Positions 55,845-64,000 of a DNA stretch of 64,000 nucleotides are shown piece after piece (the stretch's first letter is position 1; each line of letters opens with the position of its first letter). The notes below the pieces were generated by a model that was given only the letters and a program-made list of their open reading frames with translations, ran no database searches and was not told where the DNA came from. This DNA is from Macrostomum lignano. Its lineage: Eukaryota. The stretch spans positions 310,001-374,000 of the forward strand of contig NIVC01000035.1 of the NCBI GenBank assembly GCA_002269645.1. The letters run 5' to 3'. The position numbers and the translations under genes were made by a program.

Positions 55845-58800
55845 ATGGGCAACTCCTGCATCAGCGGCCGCCGCCGCGCTCGTCATCTCAGACGTCGCCG
55901 GGCCCAACCTCAAGCCGACGAAGCCAGCAGGCACTCATCCATGATGCTGGATTTGTCACAGCTTTCTGACAACCGGAGCCTCCCCTACATCATCAGCCTC
56001 TACGACCAGCTCGAGGACATCAGCTTCCTCACTGATCTGCTTGGCGAGGGCGGCAATCGCCTCACTGAGCAGGAGTCCATCCGGCTCACTGTGCGCTTCA
56101 TTGTCAGGCACTATGACAGGTAAGCTATCTATCATAGCCAGCCTCCCAGATCCTCAGTTGCTGGGCCAGCCTCCCAGATCCTCAGTTGCTGGGCCAGCCT
56201 CCCAGATCCTCAGTTGCTGGGCCAGCCTCCCAGAACCTCAGTTTCTGGGCCAGCCTCCCAAATCCTCAGTTGCTGAGCCAGCTCCCAGAACCTCAGTTGC
56301 TGGGCCACAGTCTCCCAAATCCTCAGTTGCTGGGCGACCAGCCTCCCAGTCCCAGATCCTCAGTTGCTAGGCCAGCCTCCCAGATCCTCAGTTGCTGGGC
56401 CAGCCTCCCAAATCCTCAGTTGCTGGGCGACCAGCCTCCCAGTCCCAGATCCTCAGTTGCTAGGCCAGCCTCCCAGATCCTCAGTTGCTAGGCCAGCCTC
56501 CCAGATCCTCAGTTGCTGGGCCAGCCTCCCAAATCCTCAGTTGCTGGGCCAGCCTCCCAAATCCTCATGCAGTTGCTGGGCCACCAGCCACCCAGCCCCA
56601 GATCCTCAGTTGCCGGGCCAGCCTCCCAGATCCTCAGTTGCCGGGCCAGCCTCCCAGATCCTCTGTTGCCGGGCCAGCCTCCCAGATCCTCAGTTGCCGG
56701 GCCAGCCTCCCAGATCCTCAGTTGCCGGGCCAGCCTCCCAGATCCTCAGTTGCCGGGCCAGCCTCCCACATCCTCAGTTGCCGGACAGCCTCCCAGATCC
56801 TCAGTTGCTGGACCAGCCTCCCAGATCCTCAGTTGCTGGGCCAGCCTCCCAGATCCTCAGTTGCTGGGCCAGCCTCCAGAAGATAGCATGTTTTCATTTT
56901 AAAACGCCTAATACATTACTAAGCTAATCTTTTTGAGTGAGCGCTTACAATGTGTAGCAAAATGAAAGCCTTCAATTGGTTAAATTGGTAATAAATGTTT
57001 AATTTTACTATCTAGTGTTCAATTGCAACTGGGGATGTCCAAAATTAGCAGTTTTAGACTATTTATGTTTGCACAGAATTTCAGTTATTAGCACCTGTAA
57101 CCTACCCCTGCCAACGGTGCCAAGTGCACTGAAAGGCTCCAGATGTGGAAATAAGATAGCGTATGCTGTGTGCATATATTTGACTATAATTGGCTATGCT
57201 GACGTTACCCCGGGCTCCTGCTTGCTTTCTGTCTGCAATCGTGTTCTTATCACGTGTTTTTCTTGACAAACTAGACACACCCTAGTTCTCTATTACGAAA
57301 ATTGTATGCATGGCTTCTAATTTTCTAGTTCAGAATTTTATATGCGGAAATGCGCACCAATGTTATTAATCATTAGCTCATGTCTAAAAATAGCAGTTTG
57401 TTGCCTTACCAATCTGGGCAAGGCAGATAAGGCAGTCTCGGTAAGGCAATCTCGTTCAAGCTTTAAAATAACACATTTTTTTAAATAACACATCGGCTGA
57501 TACAATATCTAAAAATATGTTTCATTTCGACACATATCGGCTGATATTGTATCTAGAAACAAGTTCCATTTCGATACATATCGAGTGATATACTGTCTCT
57601 AAAAATGTTTTATTTCGATACATATCGGTTAATACTGCATCTAAAAACAAGTTCAAGTTTGATACATATCGGCTGATCTAAAGTAGATTTTGATAAATTT
57701 CGTGTATGTAATAGAAAAATAATTTGCGTTTTTCTTAATCCTTTATTCAGAGACGAAAACGAAACGCTGAAGAAGTTCGCCCTATTCCAGCTGCACAGCT
57801 ACTCAGAGGTTGAGCGCCAGTTTTTAATTATGGTTGGGATCCTAATTGAAGAGGTGCCTATCGATCATTGCTTGGGCGCCTGCATCATCAGCATGATACT
57901 AGATGGCGGCTGTCTGCCTACTAAGGTGCGTTTCCTCCAAAGGAGATAAATGGATGAGAAAAATCAGGATATGGGATGAATAGAGGAAGAAAATCAGGAT
58001 ATGGGATGAATAGAGGAAGAAAATCAGGATATGGGATAAATAGAGGAAGAAAGTCAGGATATCGGATGAATAGAGGAAGAAAATCAGGATATGGGATGAA
58101 TAGAGGAAGAAAATCAGGATATGGGATAAATAGAGGAAGAAAGTCAGGATATCGGATGAATAGGGGAAGAAAATCAGGATATGGGATAAATAGGGGAAGA
58201 AAATCAGGATATGGGATGAATAGGGGAAGAAAGTCAGGATATGGGATGAATAGAGGAAGAAAATCAGGATATGGGATAAATAGAGGAAGAAAGTCAGGAT
58301 ATGGGATAAATAGAGGAAGAAAGTCAGGATATGGGATAAATAGGGGAAGAAAATCAGGATATGGGATGAATAGGGGAAGAAAATCAGGATATGGGATGAA
58401 TAGGGGAAGAAAGTCAGGATATGGGATGAATAGAGGAAGAAAATCAGGATATGGGATGAATAGGGGAAGAAAGTCAGAATATGGGATGAATAGGGGAAGA
58501 AAGTCAGGATATGGGATAAATAGGGGAAGAAAGTCAGGATATGGAATAAATAGGGGAAGAAAGTCAGGATATGGGATGAATAAGGGAAGAAAATCAGGAT
58601 ATGGGATGAATAAGGGAAGAAAATCAGGATATGGGATAAATCGGATAAGAAAATCAGGATATGGGATAAATAGAGGAAGAAAGTCAGGATATGGGATAAA
58701 TAGGGGAAGAAAGTCAGGATATGGGATAAATAGGGGAAGAAAGTCAGGATATGGGATAAATAGGGGAAGAAAGTCAGGATATGGGATAAATAGGGGAAGA

Positions 58801-61800
58801 AAGTCAGGATATGGGATAAATAGGGGAAGAAAGTCAGGATATGGGATGAATAGGGGAAGAAAGTCAGGATATGGGATGAATAGAGGAAGAAAGTCAGGAT
58901 ATGGGATGAATAGGGGAAGAAAGTCAGGATATGGGATGAATAGGGGAAGAAAATCAGGATATGGGATAAATAGGGGAAGAAAGTCAGGATATGGGATGAA
59001 TAGAGGAAGAAAATCAGGATATGGGATGAATAGGGGAAGAAAGTCAGAATATGGGATGAATAGGGGAAGAAAGTCAGGATATGGGATGAATAGGGGAAGA
59101 AAGTCAGAATATGGGATGAATAGGGGAAGAAAGTCAGGATATGGGATAAATAGGGGAAGAAAGTCAGGATATGGGATAAATAGGGGAAGAAAGTCAGGAT
59201 ATGGGATAAATAGGGGAAGAAAGTCAGGATATGGGATAAATAGGGGAAGAAAGTCAGGATATGGGATGAATAGAAGAAAATCTGGAATAAAATTTGGGAT
59301 AAATAGTAGATAAGTGGGATACTCGTAAAATTTCAAACTCTCCCAACCGCAGGAGCTGGTCTCAGACCTGATGCAGCAGTTAGATTTTGCTAACGCCTCG
59401 TCATTGTCCGAGATTAAACAGAAGAACTCCCTTTGCGTGGTGGCTGCTCTGGCCACCAAACTGGCTGGCGCAATGTTCAACAGCTTGTTAACAGTTGAAC
59501 TGCTCCAGTTTGTACACAACCGCTTAGCGAATTTGACTGCTCCTCCTGCTACTGCTGCTAGTAGTAATACTAGCGTTATCGATTCGGAATTGAAGCAGTA
59601 TTTGTTGGATAATAAGCCCGAACTGGAGGTGGCCTGCGCCGCTCTGCTAATGCTGCAAGCTTTCCTGGTTACCAGTGAGTCTGCTTACTGACAGTCTCCC
59701 TGCTCACCGCCAGTCTCCCTGCTCACCGCCAGTCTCTGCTCACCGCCAGTCTCTCCCTGCTCGCCGCCAGTCTCCCTGCTCACCGCCAGTCTCTGCTCAC
59801 CGACAGTCTCTCCCTGCTCACCGCCAGTCTCCCTGCTCACCGACAGTCTCTCCCTGCTCACCGCCAGTCTCTCCCTGCTCACCGCCAGTCTCTCCCTGCT
59901 CACCGACAGTCTCTCCCTGCTCACCGCCAGTCTCTCCCTGCTCACCGCCAGTCTCTCCCTGCTCACCGACAGTCTCTCCCTGCTCACCGACAGTCTCTCC
60001 CTGCTCACCGCCAGTCTCTCCCTGCTCACCGACAGTCTCTCCCTGCTCACCGACAGTCTCTCCCTGCTCACCGACAGTCTCTCCCTGCTCACCGACAGTC
60101 TCTCCCTGCTCACCGACAGTCTCTCCCTGCTCACCGCCAGTCTCCCTGCTCACCGACAGTCTCTCCCTGCTCACCGACAGTCTCTCCCTGCTCACCGACA
60201 GTCTCTCCCTGCTCACCGACAGTCTCTCCCTGCTCACCGACAGTCTCTCCCTGCTCACCGCCAGTCTCTCCCTGCTCACCGACAGTCTCTCCCTGCTCAC
60301 CGCCAGTCTCTCCCTGCTCACCGCCAGTCTCTCCCTGCTCACCGCCAGTCTCTCCCTGCTCACCGACAGTCTCTCCCTGCTCACCGACAGTCTCTCCCTG
60401 CTCACCGACAGTCTCTCCCTGCTCACCGACAGTCTCTCCCTGCTCACTGCCAGTCTCCCTGCTCACCGACAGTATCTCTGCTCACCGACAGTCTCTCCCT
60501 GCTCACCGACAGTCTCTCCCTGCTCACCGACAGTCTCTCCCTGCTCACCGCCAGTCTCTCCCTGCTCACCGACAGTCTCTCCCTGCTCACCGACAGTCTC
60601 TCCCTGCTCACCGCCAGTCTCTCCCTGCTCACCGCCAGTCTCTCCCTGCTCACTGCCAGTCTCCCTGCTCACCGACAGTATCTCTGCTCACCGACAGTCT
60701 CTCCCTGCTCACCGACAGTCTCTCCCTGCTCACCGACAGTCTCTCCCTGCTCACCGACAGTCTCTCCCTGCTCACCGACAGTCTCTCCCTGCTCACCGAC
60801 AGTCTCTCCCTGCTCACCGCCAGTCTCTCCCTGCTCACCGACAGTCTCTCCCTGCTCACCGCCAGTCTCTCCCTGCTCACCGCCAGTCTCTCCCTGCTCA
60901 CCGCCAGTCTCTCCCTTTTTTCTATCCCTCTCGCACATCAGCCGTCTCCCATGTCAACTCTGAATTAGAACAAAGCAAAAAACTCCCAAAACTTCTCCAG
61001 GCGATGATCGGCCAGGCCTGGTATTGCAGATCTGCAGTCTCACCAGCGACACGGAGCAGATAAGCCTAACAGACTGCCTGATCCGCGCCGAGTCCTGGCT
61101 GCCAATGTCCGATAGCGGACCTCTTCGCGAGCTGGCCAGTCTGAGCCTGTTGCTGCTGGACAATTATTTCCTACCCCCCGGCCGGGTGTCCGCTTGGGAC
61201 GCCGCCGCGTCTCAGCGTGAACGATTGAACGCTATGCTGAGCGCCGAGACTTCCACTGAGGCGATGCACATCCTGCCGGATGGCTTGGAGGCCAGATCCG
61301 ATGCGGCCAGTTTCGAATCGGTTCGGGCTACGTTTCCTGCAAAATCTAGCAAATGGTACTACGAAGTCACGCTGGTGACTGGCGGCATCATGCAGATTGG
61401 CTGGGCCTCCGGCGCCACCGTATTCCTGAGCCACGAGGGTATCGGCGTTGGCGATGACGCACTGAGTCTGGGCATCGACGGCTGCCGAATGTGCATCTGG
61501 ACTAATGGCAGGCCGTCCCAAGTGAGGCGCTTCTTCAATCCCATTTCTGCTAAATTGTAACCCCCTTCCAGTTGCATTCTAATCCTATTCCAGCTGGATT
61601 CCAATCCTATTCCAGTTGCATTCCAATCTCATTCCAATTGCATTCCAATCCCATTCCGGTTGAATTCCAATCCTATTCCAGTTGCATTCTAATCCTATTC
61701 CTGTCGGATTCCAATCCCATTCCAGTTGCATTCCAATCCTATTCCAGTTGCATTCCAATCCTATTCCAGTTGCATTCCAATCCCATTCCAGTTGCATTCT

Positions 61801-62723
61801 AATCCTATTCCAGTTGCATTCTAATCCTATTCCAGCTGGATTCCAATCCTATTCCAGTTGCATTCCAATCCTATTCCAGTTGCATTCCAATCCCATTCCA
61901 GTTGCATTCTAATCCTATTCCAGCTGGATTCCAATCCTATTCCAGTTGCATTCCAATCCCATTCCTGTCGGATTCCAATCCCATTCCAGTTGCATTCCAA
62001 TCCTATTCCAGTTGCATTCCAATCCTATTCCAGTTGCATTCCAATCCTATTCCAGTTGCATTCCAATCCCATTCCAATCCAATTCCAATCCCATTCCTAC
62101 CCAATGCAACCCAACTCCAGCTCGGCTATAACTGGCGACGCTGGAAACCAGGCGACACGGTGGGCTGCCTGCTGGACTTCACCAGCGGCTCCGCGAAGTT
62201 CAGCCTGAACGGCAAATGGTCCGGCGAGACTCACAAAGCATTCCTTCAGCAGCAGCAGCGGCAGCATGCTGAGCCCCAGTCCGACCTGGCCATCTACCCG
62301 GCCGCCAGCCTCATGTCCAATCAGCAGTGCCGTTTCAATTTCGGCAGCCGGCCGTTTCGCTATCCGCCGCCCGAAGGCGTGTCGGACACGATGGACAGCG
62401 CTGGCCAGCTGCCCGCCGACTCGCTGGCTCGCCGAATCCTGCCCTGGACGGCGGCGGTGCGGCACCGTCGGGAACGTCTGATGCGCCAGGACTTCAGCGG
62501 CCTCTGCCACATCTGCGCCGATTTGCCGGCTACGACCCGACTGAAGCCGTGCGGCCACTCTGGACTGTGCGTCCGGTGTCCGGGAATGCTGGCCGAGTGC
62601 CCGTTCTGTCGGGCTGGCATTGAGAGCTGCGAATTAGTTGACGGCGACAGCGGCGAGGAGGACACCGAAGCGGAGACCGGATCGGCGATGTGTCGCTGCA
62701 AACTCGCCGATCAAGAGGTGTGA
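55845..62723 (+). CDS. RSPRY1: RING finger and SPRY domain-containing protein 1, 631 aa; join(55845-56119,57751-57925,59353-59674,61001-61521,62121-62723)
   Basis: MGNSCIS start; [22 protein letters not shown]; LAEKLAG-like LATKLAG; [75 protein letters not shown]; [28 protein letters not shown]; junctions in phase (1896 nt). Confidence 0.95.
56135..56880. repeat. 28-bp minisatellite (GCCAGCCTCCCAGATCCTCAGTTGCTGG)
   Basis: Direct reading; RSPRY1 intron 1. Confidence 0.96.
57485..57680. repeat. Old degenerate ~46-bp tandem repeat (CATATCGGCTGAT...TCTA.AAA..AGTT..ATTTCGATA), 4-5 units
   Basis: Recurrent TTTCGATACATATCGG motif. Confidence 0.75.
57950..59300. repeat. 30-bp minisatellite (AAATCAGGATATGGGATGAATAGAGGAAGA), ~44 units
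   Basis: 10-aa periodicity; fills RSPRY1 intron 2. Confidence 0.98.
59680..60915. repeat. 21-bp minisatellite (GACAGTCTCTCCCTGCTCACC) with 19-bp variants
   Basis: Direct reading; fills RSPRY1 intron 3. Confidence 0.97.
61565..62100. repeat. 22-bp minisatellite (CATTCCAATCCTATTCCAGTTG)
   Basis: Direct reading; fills RSPRY1 intron 4. Confidence 0.96.
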
Positions 62724-62749
62724 TGTCTGTGTAATAGACAGCCACTGTT

Positions 62750-63192
62750 ACAGACACTGAGACAGACACTGACACAGACACTGACACAGACACTGAGACA
62801 GACACTAACACAGACACTGAGACAGACACTGAGACAGACACTAACACAGACACTGAGACAGACACTGAGACAGACACTAACACAGACACTGAGACAGACA
62901 CTGAGACAGATACTGAGACAGACACTGAGACAGATACTGAGACAGACACTGAGACAGACACTGAGACAGATACTGAGACAGACACTGAGACAGACACTGA
63001 GACAGACACTGAGACAGACACTGAGACAGACAGACAGACATAGACAGACACTAACACAGACACTGAGACAGACACTGAGACAGACACTGAGACAGACACT
63101 AACACAGACACTGAGACAGACACTGAGACAGACACTGAGACAGACATAGACAGACATAGACAGACACTGAGACAGACAGACAGAGACAGACA
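62750..63192. repeat. 12-bp minisatellite (GACAGACACTGA) starting ~27 nt after the RSPRY1 stop
   Basis: Direct reading. Confidence 0.96.
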
Positions 63193-63764
63193 TAACCCAC
63201 CCTCGTTATTGGTAGTACCAAATTAATTTGTTGGATTTTCTATGTTCCTAAAAAGTGAAGTAGACATGTGCTTAGAATCATTTCATTAAACATTTTCTCT
63301 CTCTAAAGGTAATTAAACCGGATAAAATTTAATTGTTGCTTCAATCAAGCAAGTTAATAGTACTGCAAGTTAAATTTAAATCTATAGCAAATCTACAAAA
63401 CTGTAGCGTCGCTTATTATAAAAAAACTTGCAAACATAATTTCTCAATTGTATATTAAAGATGTTATTTGTTTGGCCTATTTTTGCAGATGTATATGCAT
63501 ATTCTGAGAGAGGTCTTGTTTTTACTTTTTTTGTTGCTGTAAAGACGTTACACCTCTGCAGTGTAGTTGGTATTATTGTCCATTCGCTCTCTTCCATATG
63601 TGACGCTCTGATTGGAATAAAGTTATAGCCTTTTTTTCTGGAGTTTTTCATCGCAGCAAGGGGGTAACAATTGTAACTCAATTGTGACAATGAACTTCAT
63701 ATCCTGTTCGTAGCTGTTCTCTGCTTATTCCTCTATATTGTACTACTACGATTTCTAAAGGTTT

Positions 63765-64000
63765 CTCCGTATCTCCCTCTTCCCTCCTCACCCTCCGTAT
63801 CACCCTCTCCCCTCCTCACCCTCCGTATCACCCTCTCCCCTCCTCACCCTTCGTATCACCCTCTCCTCTCCTAACCCTCCGTATCTCCCTCTCCCCTCCT
63901 CACCCTGCGTATCACCCTCTCCCCTCCTCACCCTTCGTATCACCCTCTCCTCTCCTAACCCTCCGTATCTCCCTCTCCCCTCCTCACCCTCCGTATCTCC
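63765..64000. repeat. ~29-bp CT-rich minisatellite (CCCTCCGTATCACCCTCTCCCCTCCTCA), runs off the window end
   Basis: Direct reading. Confidence 0.93.

Overview
Animal (eukaryotic) genomic DNA. It has GT-AG introns, GC-rich exons with poly-Q/poly-T insertions, and about 35 tandem arrays. The style fits a repeat-rich invertebrate such as the flatworm Macrostomum; this is an inference and no database search was run. Manual splicing gives six gene models. (1) + strand Echinoid-like cell adhesion molecule (7 Ig + FN3 + TM + C-terminal EVVV), 9619-31408; its signal-peptide exon is unresolved. (2) - strand small unknown protein with a C2H2-like Cys/His motif, about 34411-32468. (3) - strand Bicaudal-C/GLD-3-like KH protein with no visible SAM domain, 37570-35832. 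(4) - strand DUF5522/C1orf53-like protein, 39061-38729. (5) - strand DENN-domain Rab-GEF-like protein, 48944-41489. (6) + strand RSPRY1, 55845-62723. Also present: an internally deleted Tc1/mariner element, two copies of a tRNA-derived SINE, and a 70-bp perfect inverted repeat between the divergent DENN and RSPRY1 genes. Most long ORFs in the supplied track are artefacts of tandem repeats. The most striking structure is the transmembrane exon of the Echinoid-like gene, which sits between two inverted arrays of the same 17-mer and could be looped out by a duplex of about 500 bp. In addition, nearly every long intron carries its own private minisatellite, and several of these are tandem copies of 3' splice-site-like or transcription-factor-motif-like units.
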